Sequence record: DRR378314_2238
Reading direction: 5' to 3' (one strand)
Length of the DNA: 64,000 nucleotides
The position numbers were made by a program, and so were the translations under genes. Within the stretch, counting starts at the first letter, position 1. Every line of letters starts with the position of its first letter. Shown one piece after another: positions 9,403 to 19,387 of the stretch. A model generated the notes under the pieces. That model saw nothing but the letters and a program-made list of their open reading frames with translations. It was not told where the DNA came from and searched no databases.

Positions 9403-10353
9403 GTGACAAAATTCGTTCCACCTTCATCGCCCGACATGTTCGCCCCGCGTTACAGCGGGTTGGCTACGTTCATGCGTGCCCCGGTTGCACAGTCGCTGGC
9501 GGACGTGGACATTGGCATTTTGGGTATCCCCTATGATGGGGCCCTGACCAACCGCCCCGGCGCGCGCCATGGCCCGCGCGAAGTGCGCAACCAATCAAGC
9601 CTGATGCGTGCCATCAACCACGCAACGCGCATCAACCCGTATGAGCTGTGCCGTGTCGCGGATGTTGGCGATGTGCCCTTTCAATCCGCATTCGACATTG
9701 AAGCAAGCCACAAGGACATCGCAGAGTTTGCAGCAACCTTAGTCGCGGCGGATGTCATGCCGTTATCCTGCGGAGGGGATCACTCGGTAACTCTGCCGCT
9801 GCTGCGCGCAGTTGCCGCAGAACCGGTGGCTTTGATCCACATCGACGCGCACACCGACACATGGGACAGTTTCCAGGGATCCAAGTTCAACCATGGCGCA
9901 CCTTTCAGACGCGCGCATGAAGAAAATCTGATCGACCCCAGCAAGACGGTTCAGATTGGTATACGCGGGGCGCAAAGTGTTTCCGAAGGCTGGGACTATT
10001 CCGAACAAGCCGGAATGCGCGTCATGTTCATCGAAGAGGTTCAGCAACGCGGTATTGCCGCTATCGTCGAAGAGACACGAAAAATCGTCGGAGATAGCCC
10101 TGTTTACCTGAGTTTTGACATCGATAGCATCGACCCGGCCTTTGCTCCGGGAACTGGTACGCCTGAAGTGGCAGGCCTTACGACCGCCGAAGCGATTGCA
10201 CTGATCCGAGGGTTCCGTGAACTGAACTATGTTGGGGCCGATGTTGTCGAAATTTCTCCTCCGTTTGATGTGGGTGGTGTTACGGCGCTGGCTGGTGCCA
10301 CGGTGATGTATGAGCTGCTTTGCGTATTGGCTGAAGAGCGCGGCAAAAGGTAA
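9403..10353 (+). CDS. Ureohydrolase (agmatinase/guanidino-acid hydrolase family)
   Basis: GGDHSVT, DAHTD, SFDIDSIDP, GTGTPE, VEISPPFD; GTG start uncertain. Confidence 0.9.
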   Translation: MTKFVPPSSPDMFAPRYSGLATFMRAPVAQSLADVDIGILGIPYDGALTNRPGARHGPREVRNQSSLMRAINHATRINPYELCRVADVGDVPFQSAFDIEASHKDIAEFAATLVAADVMPLSCGGDHSVTLPLLRAVAAEPVALIHIDAHTDTWDSFQGSKFNHGAPFRRAHEENLIDPSKTVQIGIRGAQSVSEGWDYSEQAGMRVMFIEEVQQRGIAAIVEETRKIVGDSPVYLSFDIDSIDPAFAPGTGTPEVAGLTTAEAIALIRGFRELNYVGADVVEISPPFDVGGVTALAGATVMYELLCVLAEERGKR

Positions 10354-10360
10354 CCACGTG

Positions 10361-11428
10361 ATGACCCAAACCACGATAGCTGTGGCCGATCAGGGCGGAT
10401 TGAGTGGCGCGTATGTTCCAGTATCCACCGACGACGCCAATGGTTTTCTGCTAGATCACTATGGTTTCCGCGGTGCGTTGCGCAGGTTCGAAACCGAAAA
10501 GGACGATACGTTCAAAGTAACCTGTGAGGATGGGCGCAAGTACGTTCTGAAAATCGCCAACCCCAGCGAGCCGCTGGAAGAGATTGATTTTCAAACCTGC
10601 CTGATGCGCCATGCTGCACAACGTGATCCTGCCCTTCGCATTCCCAAGACAATTGAAACAACTGACGGGCGGGATTTTGTTCCTGTCACCGATAAAGGCG
10701 GGCACGAACGGGTGGCCCGCGTTCTGAGCTATCTGGAAGGTGTTCCTTTGGATTCGACGGAATCCAACCCCCGCGAACGAGTTAAAATTGGTAGGGTTCT
10801 GGGCCGAATGCGTTTGGCAACCGAAGGGTTCAGCCATCCTGGTGCCGCAAGACAATATGCATGGGATGTGCAACACTTGCTGACCCTGGAGCATCTGCTT
10901 GGGCATGTCGAGGATACCACTCAGCGCGCAGCGCTTGAGCAAGGGATTGATCGCTTCCGCAACATCGAGCCAGTTTTGCGACCGTGTCGGCAACAGGTGC
11001 TGCACAATGATTTCAGCAAATCCAATATTGTGGTTGATCATAACCAGGACGAATTTGTCATGGGTATCATCGACTTCGGGGACTCGGTCAAAACAGCGAT
11101 CGCCGTGGATGTGGCGACGGCGCTGCTTAATCAATTGCCGCAGGGGCCGTATGACGACCTGCTTTATCGCGGCAGGGATGTTCTGAGCGGTTATCTGCAG
11201 GTGACTGAGTTGACCGATGATGAACTTGCATTGATCCCGCATCTTGTCATGGCTCGCGTTGTCACGCGTGCCTTGCTGACCCTGTGGCGGGCCAAGATGT
11301 TCCCCGAAAACACGCGCTATATCATGCGCAACACCTATCAAGGCTGGCATCAGCTGGACTGGTTTCTGGCGCGCAGCCCGGATCAGGTTTCCGGTCTCTT
11401 GATGTCTTTTTCCGGTCAGAAAGGATGA
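10361..11428 (+). CDS. Aminoglycoside-phosphotransferase-fold kinase (hydroxylysine kinase-like)
   Basis: YVLKIAN, LSYLEG, AWD, LHND, GIIDFGD. Confidence 0.85.
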   Translation: MTQTTIAVADQGGLSGAYVPVSTDDANGFLLDHYGFRGALRRFETEKDDTFKVTCEDGRKYVLKIANPSEPLEEIDFQTCLMRHAAQRDPALRIPKTIETTDGRDFVPVTDKGGHERVARVLSYLEGVPLDSTESNPRERVKIGRVLGRMRLATEGFSHPGAARQYAWDVQHLLTLEHLLGHVEDTTQRAALEQGIDRFRNIEPVLRPCRQQVLHNDFSKSNIVVDHNQDEFVMGIIDFGDSVKTAIAVDVATALLNQLPQGPYDDLLYRGRDVLSGYLQVTELTDDELALIPHLVMARVVTRALLTLWRAKMFPENTRYIMRNTYQGWHQLDWFLARSPDQVSGLLMSFSGQKG

Positions 11429-11433
11429 TCGCA

Positions 11434-12783
11434 ATGACTACCGCTCAAAAATCTTCCAAACGCGGGAAGATGGTAAACGGGTTCGATCCGGCCAATGCCG
11501 ACAATCTTGACACCCGCACGCGCGCGTTCGTCGAGCGCAGGAGCCGCTTGTTAGGTCCGGCCTATAGATTGTTCTATTCAGACCCGGTCGAGTTCAGCCG
11601 AGCCAATGGCGTCTTTATGTACGATTCAGAAGGGAACGAATATCTGGACGCGTATAACAATGTGGTTTCAGTGGGCCACTGCCACCCGCATGTGAATGCC
11701 GCGATTGCCCGGCAGATGGATGTCATGTGTACCCACACCCGTTACATGCAGGATGGTATACTGGACTTTGCCGAGATGTTGCTGGACACGTTCGAGCCCG
11801 AGATCGAACATGTCATGTTCACGTGTACCGGGTCCGAGGCAAACGATCTGGCCCTGCGCATGGCAAAGCACCACACTGGCAATCAGGGCATCATCGTTAC
11901 CTCAGAAGCTTATCACGGAAACTCAGAACTGACGGCCGGGTTTTCGCCATCTATGGGTGAGAACTCTCCCTTGGGCACATGGGTCCGCCGCGTCCCCGCA
12001 CCTGATACTTACCGCGTTGACACAGCGGATATGGGCGAATGGCTGGCAGCGCGGGTTCAAGAGCAAATAGACGACCTGCACAGACGGGGTCAGGGATTAG
12101 CGGCTTTTGTTGCGGATACGCTTTTTACCTCGGATGGTATTTTTCCCCAAAATGCAAACATGCTGAAGCCGGTCATCGACGTCGTACACAACGCCGGTGG
12201 TGTCTTTGTAGCAGATGAAGTGCAATGTGGATTTGCCCGAACCGGCACGCATATGTGGGGATATCAGCGCCATGGTGTGGTGCCGGATATCGTGTCGTTG
12301 GGAAAACCCATGGGGAACGGTTACCCGGTTGCGGGTATCGCCATTCGGCCTGAAGTTGCTGCGCGTTTCGGACATGACATGCGCTATTTCAATACGTTTG
12401 GTGGTAACACCGTGGCTATGGCAGCCGCAAAAGCGACGTTGGAGGTTATCCAGAATGAGGGTCTCCAAGCCAATTGCGACCGGGTGGGTAGTGTCATGCT
12501 GGAAGGGTTGCGTGATATAGCAGCCCGTCATTCGGGCATCGGTGATGTGCGCGGCACCGGGTTGTACATGGGCGTGGAAATGGTGAAAGACCCCGAGACC
12601 AAAGTTCCCGACAGCCCCAGAGCCCTGGCACTTGTCAACAAGATGCGTGAGCAGCGTATTCTGATTTCCGCCACTGCGTTCAATGCCAATGTCTTGAAAA
12701 TACGACCACATCTGACATTTTCGGAAGACAACGCCACCAGATTTCTGACTGGGTTCGAGGATGCCTTAAAGGCAGTTTCCTAG
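11434..12783 (+). CDS. Class III PLP enzyme, AGXT2L-type amino-alcohol-phosphate phospho-lyase-like
   Basis: YLDAYNNV..VGHCHP, THTRY, GSEANDLALR, ADEVQCGF, GKPMGNG, YFNTFGG, VLKIRP; adjacent to kinase. Confidence 0.85.
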   Translation: MTTAQKSSKRGKMVNGFDPANADNLDTRTRAFVERRSRLLGPAYRLFYSDPVEFSRANGVFMYDSEGNEYLDAYNNVVSVGHCHPHVNAAIARQMDVMCTHTRYMQDGILDFAEMLLDTFEPEIEHVMFTCTGSEANDLALRMAKHHTGNQGIIVTSEAYHGNSELTAGFSPSMGENSPLGTWVRRVPAPDTYRVDTADMGEWLAARVQEQIDDLHRRGQGLAAFVADTLFTSDGIFPQNANMLKPVIDVVHNAGGVFVADEVQCGFARTGTHMWGYQRHGVVPDIVSLGKPMGNGYPVAGIAIRPEVAARFGHDMRYFNTFGGNTVAMAAAKATLEVIQNEGLQANCDRVGSVMLEGLRDIAARHSGIGDVRGTGLYMGVEMVKDPETKVPDSPRALALVNKMREQRILISATAFNANVLKIRPHLTFSEDNATRFLTGFEDALKAVS

Positions 12784-12906
12784 GGTCGAACCCACTGATC
12801 ACAAAGCAAGCGATCCGGCGAAATGCCGGACCTTTGATTGAGCGGTTGCGCAGGGGAACCTTGAGCAACTGCTTAACATGGCGAGCATCTACAATACATC
12901 TGCTGG

Positions 12907-12930
12907 TTACTTCTAAAGAAATAGATGTAA
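12907..12930. promoter_or_regulatory. Palindromic candidate operator upstream of NitT/TauT-type ABC operon
   Basis: TTACTTCTA-N6-TAGATGTAA (8/9 inverted match). Confidence 0.55.
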
Positions 12931-13030
12931 AGTAAACAATTCCCATATTTTTCCCTACTATTTGACCGTGTCTCATATCGGAACGAAGTGGCCGTCAGAG
13001 CCATCCCTTTTCCAACAAGGAGACCAAGAC

Positions 13031-14059
13031 ATGCTAGACCACTCGATTTCCAAGGCAGCCAGAAGGGCCCTGTTGGCCCCGGCTGTTATTGCGATCGCTG
13101 CGAACATGACCCCTGGCGCGGCCCAGGCAGAGGACAGCATAAGCTGTATTTTCCCATTCTGGTTCGGCTTTGCACCCGTATTCGTGGCACAGGAAGAGGG
13201 TTATTTTGAAAGCGAAGGCCTAACCGTAAGCACAGCCTTTGACAATGATCGCGCCAACGTGTTGCCGGCGATGGCGAATGGCTCGATCGAGTGCACGATG
13301 CGGACCATCGGTGAAAGCATGTCGCGCCCACGCCAGCCTGATACAACCGGAACTGTGATCGGCACCATCGATATCTCGGTCGGGGCTGATGGCGTTGTGG
13401 CGTCACAGGAAATCCAGTCGGTCGAAGATCTGATCGGCAAGACCATGGCCGGTGAGATCAACCATCCCGGGACGACCTTGATCCAGCATGCGTTGTCAGA
13501 GAAGGGCAAAAGCATAAAAGACGTCAACATTCAGCTGATTGCCACCGACGACTCGGCTGCGGTTTTTGAAGATCCTAACGTCTCGGCCGTGGCAACCTGG
13601 GAACCGATGATGGGGTCCATCGTCAAAAATACGTCGCGCGAAGGGGCGCACTTGCTTTTGACCTCGGCGGATTATGAGGGTCTGATCACTGATGTGATCA
13701 TTGTTCGCACCGAAGACCTGCAGGAGAACCCCGAGAAATACGCGAAATTCCTGCGCGGGATCTATCGTGCCATTGATCTCTACAACGCTGATCCGGACAA
13801 GTTTATCGCGATCTCGGCCCCCGCTTTCGATGTTCCGGCCGCGGAAATGAAAGAGGCGCTGGCTGGAGTGAAATACACCTCCTTTGAGGAAAGCGTTGAT
13901 TATCTGCCGTCTTCAGCCGGTGATGGTAAGTTAAAAGAGGTCTTTGACTCTTTCAACGACATCAACGTGGTGCTGGATCTTCAAAACGCACCGCTTGACT
14001 ACCAACCCTTTGTCGATGGCTCGGTTCTGGACGGGCTGTTCGATGGGCAAACGCGATAA
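13031..14059 (+). CDS. ABC transporter substrate-binding protein (NitT/TauT family)
   Basis: Signal peptide ending AQA; W.GFAP, DIS.GADG, TWEP; RBS AAGGAG. Confidence 0.85.
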   Translation: MLDHSISKAARRALLAPAVIAIAANMTPGAAQAEDSISCIFPFWFGFAPVFVAQEEGYFESEGLTVSTAFDNDRANVLPAMANGSIECTMRTIGESMSRPRQPDTTGTVIGTIDISVGADGVVASQEIQSVEDLIGKTMAGEINHPGTTLIQHALSEKGKSIKDVNIQLIATDDSAAVFEDPNVSAVATWEPMMGSIVKNTSREGAHLLLTSADYEGLITDVIIVRTEDLQENPEKYAKFLRGIYRAIDLYNADPDKFIAISAPAFDVPAAEMKEALAGVKYTSFEESVDYLPSSAGDGKLKEVFDSFNDINVVLDLQNAPLDYQPFVDGSVLDGLFDGQTR

Positions 14060-14072
14060 CGCTCCGGCGACG

Positions 14073-14095
14073 CCCCGGCGCGGATTGCGCCGGGG
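14073..14095 (+). other. Intercistronic hairpin after SBP gene
   Basis: CCCCGGCGC-GGATT-GCGCCGGGG. Confidence 0.55.
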
Positions 14096-14134
14096 TCACC
14101 ACCACTCTGATTTCTTTTCCCGAAAGGCCTAAGC

Positions 14135-14923
14135 GTGTTCAAGTCTCTGTTCGCTTTTCGCAAACCCCTAAGTCGCCGAACGGACCTGGCCTTGGGAATA
14201 ATCGGCTTTGCCCTGTTCCTGTGCGCCTGGGAGGTTACGGCACGATCCGGTGCGATCCGTCCTGAGTTCCTGCCGTCACCCGTCGCCGTCGTTCAGGCCT
14301 TCATCGGCTTGTTTGTCGAGCGCGACTTTTCGTCTGACATCGTGATCAGTGTCGGACGTGTTTGGTTTGCTTTCTTACTGTCGATGATCGTGGCAATCCC
14401 ACTGGGTCTTTTGATGAGTACCTACAGGTTTGTAGGTGCGATCCTTGAGCCCTTTGTCGATTTCGTCCGGTATCTTCCTGTGCCAGCGCTTGTCCCACTG
14501 CTGGTAATCTGGTTCGGCGTGGGCGAAACATCCAAGATTGCAGTGTTGTGGATGGGTACGTTCTTTCAACTGATCCTGATGATTTCTGATGACACCAAGC
14601 GCGTTCCGGTTGAATTCATTGAATCCGGTCAAACCCTTGGTGGAAGCAACGGGCAGATCATGCGGCACGTCATAATTCCCGCAGCCTTGCCCAACATGGT
14701 CGACAGTCTTCGCATTACGATGGGGTGGTGCTGGACATATCTGATCGTTGCGGAAATCGTGGCAGCGAATTCCGGGATCGGCCACGTAATCTGGTCATTG
14801 CGGCGCTTTGTTAAAACACCCGAAGTGATGGCTGGTATCATTACGATCGGGATCATAGGCCTCTTGACGGATCAGGCTTTCCGTTATGCCCACGCCCGTC
14901 TGTTCTCATATCTGCGCAGGTAA
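14135..14923 (+). CDS. ABC transporter permease (NitT/TauT)
   Basis: FLPSP, RYLPVPALVPL, EAA-like IESGQTLGG, AEIVAANSGIG. Confidence 0.9.
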   Translation: MFKSLFAFRKPLSRRTDLALGIIGFALFLCAWEVTARSGAIRPEFLPSPVAVVQAFIGLFVERDFSSDIVISVGRVWFAFLLSMIVAIPLGLLMSTYRFVGAILEPFVDFVRYLPVPALVPLLVIWFGVGETSKIAVLWMGTFFQLILMISDDTKRVPVEFIESGQTLGGSNGQIMRHVIIPAALPNMVDSLRITMGWCWTYLIVAEIVAANSGIGHVIWSLRRFVKTPEVMAGIITIGIIGLLTDQAFRYAHARLFSYLRR

Positions 14924-14926
14924 CCC

Positions 14927-15727
14927 ATGGATAACTTCATCGAAATAAAGGATGTCGCCAAGACCTACTGGTCTGACGATGGGACGTCGGAAACCAAAGT
15001 TGTTCTGCCATTGTCTATGACGATTGCAGAAGGCGAAATGGTGATGTTTTTGGGGCCGTCAGGTTGTGGCAAAACAACTTTGATGCGTATCGTCGGTGGG
15101 CTTGAGACACCGGATCAGGGAACCATTCATCTACATGGTGATCGGCTTGCCGGGCCAGACCGGAGACGTGGAATGGTGTTTCAGTCATACTCGTCTTATC
15201 CGTGGCTTTCCGTGCGCGACAACATCAAGTTCGGCACCCGCTATCGCAAGGATATCACCGCGCAGGAAAAGGAAGAGGTGACGGACCATTATTTGAATAT
15301 GGTCGGGCTGGCGCAGTATGCCGGTTTCTACACCAATCGCATATCAGGTGGAATGAGACAGCGTGTTGCGATTGCGCGAACGCTGGCCTCTTCTCCGGAT
15401 GTTCTGTTGATGGATGAACCGTTTGGTGCGTTGGATGCCCAAACGCGAGAGTACCTGCAATTCCAGCTTATGGACATCAACAAGGCAGAGAAGAAAACTA
15501 CGATCTTCGTGACCCACGACGTGGAAGAGGCGATCCTGCTGGCCAATCGCATCGTTATCTTTTCGTCCCGACCAGCACGCGTGGTCCGTGAAATACACGT
15601 GGACGAGATCCTGCCGATGGAAAGCCGACGCAACGGCACTGCCGATATGGACCGGTTTTTCAAACTGCGCGCCGAGATACTGGAAATCATTCGCGCCGAA
15701 TACGCGCATACGCTTGAAGGGGTGTAA
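14927..15727 (+). CDS. ABC transporter ATP-binding protein (NitT/TauT)
   Basis: GPSGCGKT, ISGGMRQR, LLMDEPFGALD. Confidence 0.95.
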   Translation: MDNFIEIKDVAKTYWSDDGTSETKVVLPLSMTIAEGEMVMFLGPSGCGKTTLMRIVGGLETPDQGTIHLHGDRLAGPDRRRGMVFQSYSSYPWLSVRDNIKFGTRYRKDITAQEKEEVTDHYLNMVGLAQYAGFYTNRISGGMRQRVAIARTLASSPDVLLMDEPFGALDAQTREYLQFQLMDINKAEKKTTIFVTHDVEEAILLANRIVIFSSRPARVVREIHVDEILPMESRRNGTADMDRFFKLRAEILEIIRAEYAHTLEGV

Positions 15728-15728
15728 G

Positions 15729-16502
15729 ATGGCAGCTGAACTGTCCGGTAAGCATGTGGTCGTTACCGGTGCCAATCGGGGGATTGGTCTGGGGTTGGCG
15801 CAAGGGTTTCTTGACGCAGAGGCCGACGTTACGATTGTGGCGCTAGAGGATGATGTGGGGGAGGTGGCCGAAAAGCTGTCCGGCGATTATGGGCGGCAGG
15901 TCGGGCATGTAAAATGCGATATCTCGGATCTTGGGCAGGTTATGGCGTTGTGTGCGTCAGTGGATCGGGTTGATGTGCTGATCAACAACGCAGGGTTCGA
16001 ATACATCACCCCGATCACCGACCCGGCAGATCATGTAGATGAGGTCTTTCGCCAGATTATCGAGACCAATGTGATTGGCACGTTTTCGGTGACGCGGCAT
16101 TTGCTTGACAAGATCCCGGATGGTGGTCGGATCGTGAACACGGCGTCCATGTGGGGGAAAACAGCGGTTGCAGAATTCAGCGCATACTGCGCCTCCAAAC
16201 ACGCGGTGATCGGGTTGACGCGCTCCCTGGCGCAAGAACTTGCGCCGCGTGGCATTTCGGTAAATGCTGTCTGTCCCGGCTGGGTGCGCACTGTGGCGTC
16301 GATGCGTTCACTGTCCTTCATGGCTGCGCGGCAAAACCGAACCGAGGCTGATCTGCTGGATGAAATTGTTTCGGCTCAGGCGTTGGGCGGCTTGATGGAG
16401 CCTGCGGATATGGTTGCCATGTATGTCTTTCTGGCCGGGCCTGCCGCATCAAACATAACCGGGCAATCTTTTACGGTTGATCGAGGAGAGTTGATGCAAT
16501 GA
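15729..16502 (+). CDS. SDR family oxidoreductase
   Basis: TGANRGIG, NNAG, YCASK, VNAVCPG. Confidence 0.9.
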   Translation: MAAELSGKHVVVTGANRGIGLGLAQGFLDAEADVTIVALEDDVGEVAEKLSGDYGRQVGHVKCDISDLGQVMALCASVDRVDVLINNAGFEYITPITDPADHVDEVFRQIIETNVIGTFSVTRHLLDKIPDGGRIVNTASMWGKTAVAEFSAYCASKHAVIGLTRSLAQELAPRGISVNAVCPGWVRTVASMRSLSFMAARQNRTEADLLDEIVSAQALGGLMEPADMVAMYVFLAGPAASNITGQSFTVDRGELMQ

Positions 16503-17230
16503 CCAACGAGCTTGAGGGCAAAGTCGCCTTGGTCACCGGGGCGGCGCAAGGCATCGGCGCGGCAGTCGTCCGCGCGCTGGCCGGGGCAGGCGCGACCGTG
16601 ATCGCCACTGATATCCGCGATTTGAACCAAACCTGCTTAGGGGTTGCGCGGACACGGGGTGTGACATGCGATGTGTCTGATCCGGCAAGTGTCGACCGGC
16701 TGTTTCACTCGATCGACGAAACCGAGGGCCGTCTGGATCTGGCTGTCAATGCGGCTGGTATCCTGTCCGAGGGACGGCTGGTGGATATGGATATTTCGGA
16801 ATTTGACCGGATTATTTCGATCAATTTGCGGGGGTCTTTCCTGATCGCTCAAGGGGCCGCAAGAATGATGGCGGGGCCTGGTTCGGGTCGGATTATCCTT
16901 ATTGCCTCGGAACTCGCATATCTGGGCCGTGCCGATTTTTCGGCCTACTGCGCGTCCAAGGCGGGCGTCGTCGGGCTGACCCGATCTCTGGCGCGCGAAT
17001 TGGCCCCAAATATCACCGTCAATTCAGTTGCTCCCGGGCCGGTTGATACACCGATGCTTGGGGTCGAAAACATGTCTCAGGACTGGATTGAAAAGGAATT
17101 CGATGTGCCGTTGGGGCGGATCGGCCGCCCCGAAGAAATCGGCGGTCTGGTGCGTTTCCTATGCGGACCAGATGCAGGGTTTTTTACAGGACAGACGCTC
17201 AGCCCGAATGGCGGCGCCGTTATGATTTAA
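16499..17230 (+). CDS. SDR family oxidoreductase
   Basis: TGAAQGIG, VNAAG, YCASK, VNSVAPGP. Confidence 0.9.
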   Translation: MTNELEGKVALVTGAAQGIGAAVVRALAGAGATVIATDIRDLNQTCLGVARTRGVTCDVSDPASVDRLFHSIDETEGRLDLAVNAAGILSEGRLVDMDISEFDRIISINLRGSFLIAQGAARMMAGPGSGRIILIASELAYLGRADFSAYCASKAGVVGLTRSLARELAPNITVNSVAPGPVDTPMLGVENMSQDWIEKEFDVPLGRIGRPEEIGGLVRFLCGPDAGFFTGQTLSPNGGAVMI

Positions 17231-17242
17231 GGAGAAACACCC

Positions 17243-18157
17243 ATGCAACTTGCAAGACCCGTTCCATGGCCCAACGGGGCCAAGGTCGCCTGCGCAATTA
17301 CACTGGATATGGACGCGGACAGCTTGGTTCATATTCATCACGGAAGCAACGCGCAGAACAAATTGTCGGCTACGTCAATGCTGCGCTATGGGCCCGAGGT
17401 CGCGGTGCCCCGCATACTTGAAACTTTTCGGAACTTCGATCTGAAGCAGAGCTTCTTTATCCCGGCCTGGTGCATCGAAAACCACGCCAAAACAGTCGAG
17501 GCTATCGTCGAGGACGGCCACGAAATTGGCTATCATGGCTATATTCACGAAGCGCCGAACAGTTTGTCCGAGGCACTAGAATACGATTGGATGTGCCGCT
17601 CAATCGAGATCATTGAAAAGCACACAGGCAAACGCCCGCGTGGCAATCGTTCGCCGCTTTATCATATGTCTGCTAAAACGCCCGACTTCCTGGCGAAAGA
17701 GGGGTTTTTATATGATACGTCGCTGATGGGTGACGACGTACCCTATATTCTGGAAACGGGTCAGGGGGATTTGCTGGAGTTGCCAGTTAGCTGGGCAACG
17801 GATGACTGGCCGCCCTACGTTCATGCTCCTGATCTGAACTATATGTTCGCACCTCAAGCGCCAGACCGGGCTATGGAAATATTCATGGCTGAATTTGAAG
17901 CACTCCGGCACTCCCCCGGAGGGTTGTGGATTTCCGTCTGGCACCCCTTTGTCAGTGGGCGATTGTCACGCTGGCAAAGGGTCGAAAGGATGATGGAGTA
18001 CATGGTTGGAACCGGCGATGTCTGGTTCGCTACACTTGAGGAAATCGCCTTGCACATTCAGGGCCTTGAGGCTGACAAACGATACACACCGCGCCGGGAT
18101 CGGCTGCCATACTCCAAGGGCGTTCAGGTGCCAGAGGAATTACTGGGCAAGAGCTAG
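17243..18157 (+). CDS. Polysaccharide deacetylase (CE4) family, PuuE-like hydrolase
   Basis: WPNGA, DMDAD, HEIGYHGYIHE, DDVPY, DDWPP, WHP. Confidence 0.85.
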   Translation: MQLARPVPWPNGAKVACAITLDMDADSLVHIHHGSNAQNKLSATSMLRYGPEVAVPRILETFRNFDLKQSFFIPAWCIENHAKTVEAIVEDGHEIGYHGYIHEAPNSLSEALEYDWMCRSIEIIEKHTGKRPRGNRSPLYHMSAKTPDFLAKEGFLYDTSLMGDDVPYILETGQGDLLELPVSWATDDWPPYVHAPDLNYMFAPQAPDRAMEIFMAEFEALRHSPGGLWISVWHPFVSGRLSRWQRVERMMEYMVGTGDVWFATLEEIALHIQGLEADKRYTPRRDRLPYSKGVQVPEELLGKS

Positions 18158-18274
18158 TGGAATTCAGGCCGTGCTCGGTTTCCGATTTTGGGTCAGATTT
18201 TCGATTCCCTCTATGGCCAAATCAAACCCAACACTTCATGACCTGCTCAGGTTTGGCTTCTGGAGACTTTTAGG

Positions 18275-19219
18275 ATGACCGGTGTTTATACCCTTGATGA
18301 GATCAACGCGGTTCTGCCCGAGGTTGATGTGGTAGAGGAAATTGCCAAAGGGTTTGTAGCCTTTTCTCGTGGTGACGTCGAAGTGCCGCCTGTAGGAGAG
18401 CTGTTGTTTCCCGAGAATTCGGGTGAATTGCACATCAAATATGGTGCAATTCGTGGTGATGATCTCTGTGTGATCAAGGTAGCAACGGGGTTCTATGACA
18501 ACCTCAAACTCGGCATGCCACCCTTTGGAGGTTGCATGATTGCCGTCAGCCAGAAAACCGGAAGGATTGAGGCTGTTCTGCTTGAAGAAGGTGAATTGAC
18601 CAATCATCGCACCGCCGCAGCCGGAGCGGTGGCCGCCCAAACTTTGGCCCCAAGCGATCCGAAAATGATCGGAATTGTCGGCAGCGGGGTGCAGGCCCGG
18701 CTTCAGGCGGATTATTTGCGACGGGTCACCGACTGCCGTGACCTGACGATTTGGGCGCGAAAGCCTGACTCGGTTGGCGCTGCAGCCGCTGACATGACCG
18801 CGATGGGGTACGAAGTAACCGTTTCCACCACACTTGCGGATTTGTGCGACAAATCTCGACTTATTGTCACTACCACAACTGCAGAGCAGCCGTTGCTGCA
18901 GGCGGATATGATCCGCCCGGGCACGCATATCACGGCGATGGGATCGGACACGCCCGAAAAAACGGAAATCGCACCTGCGATCCTTGCGATGGCAGATGTA
19001 GTGGTCGCAGACAGCCTGGGGCAATGTGACCTGCGTGGTGAGATTTACCAGGCGCGCCGTGCGGGTATTCCGCTTCAGGGCAAGGCGATCGAGCTGGGGA
19101 ATGTAATTGCGGGTCAATCCATCGGGCGACAAAGTGATGATCAGGTCACGATTGCTGATCTGACGGGTGTTGCGGTCCAAGATATCGCTATTGCGAAGGC
19201 TGTTCTTGGGCGGCTCTAA
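18275..19219 (+). CDS. Ornithine cyclodeaminase/mu-crystallin family protein
   Basis: KVATGF, LTNHRTAAAG, GSGVQA, AMGSD, DLTGVAVQD. Confidence 0.9.
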   Translation: MTGVYTLDEINAVLPEVDVVEEIAKGFVAFSRGDVEVPPVGELLFPENSGELHIKYGAIRGDDLCVIKVATGFYDNLKLGMPPFGGCMIAVSQKTGRIEAVLLEEGELTNHRTAAAGAVAAQTLAPSDPKMIGIVGSGVQARLQADYLRRVTDCRDLTIWARKPDSVGAAAADMTAMGYEVTVSTTLADLCDKSRLIVTTTTAEQPLLQADMIRPGTHITAMGSDTPEKTEIAPAILAMADVVVADSLGQCDLRGEIYQARRAGIPLQGKAIELGNVIAGQSIGRQSDDQVTIADLTGVAVQDIAIAKAVLGRL

Positions 19220-19330
19220 ATTGCTTGAAGAAATAGGATTGGCACGAACTGCGAAGAGTAGGGCGGAAGGTGGTCTTTGATGAGAAGATCAGCATCTGCT
19301 AAAAAGCTGTATTTTTTGAAGTTGAATGAC

Positions 19331-19347
19331 CTGACATGAAATCATAG
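19331..19347 (+). promoter_or_regulatory. Candidate LysR box (weak copy of island motif)
   Basis: CTGAC-ATGAAA-TCATAG, preceded by ATGAC as at 24962. Confidence 0.4.
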
Positions 19348-19387
19348 GTAACGAGTTCACTTGTCCCAAGGAAGAACTCAAACCGAG

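Noticed and set aside
10451-11434. 327-aa minus-strand ORF
   Set aside because: Antisense to the kinase, which has clear motifs
18236-19180. 314-aa minus-strand ORF
   Set aside because: Antisense to the OCD-family gene
7314-19219. Ectoine/hydroxyectoine catabolic cluster (EutB-like plus OCD/EutC-like)
   Set aside because: Genes are about 10 kb apart and eutA/D/E, enuR and an ectoine transporter are absent
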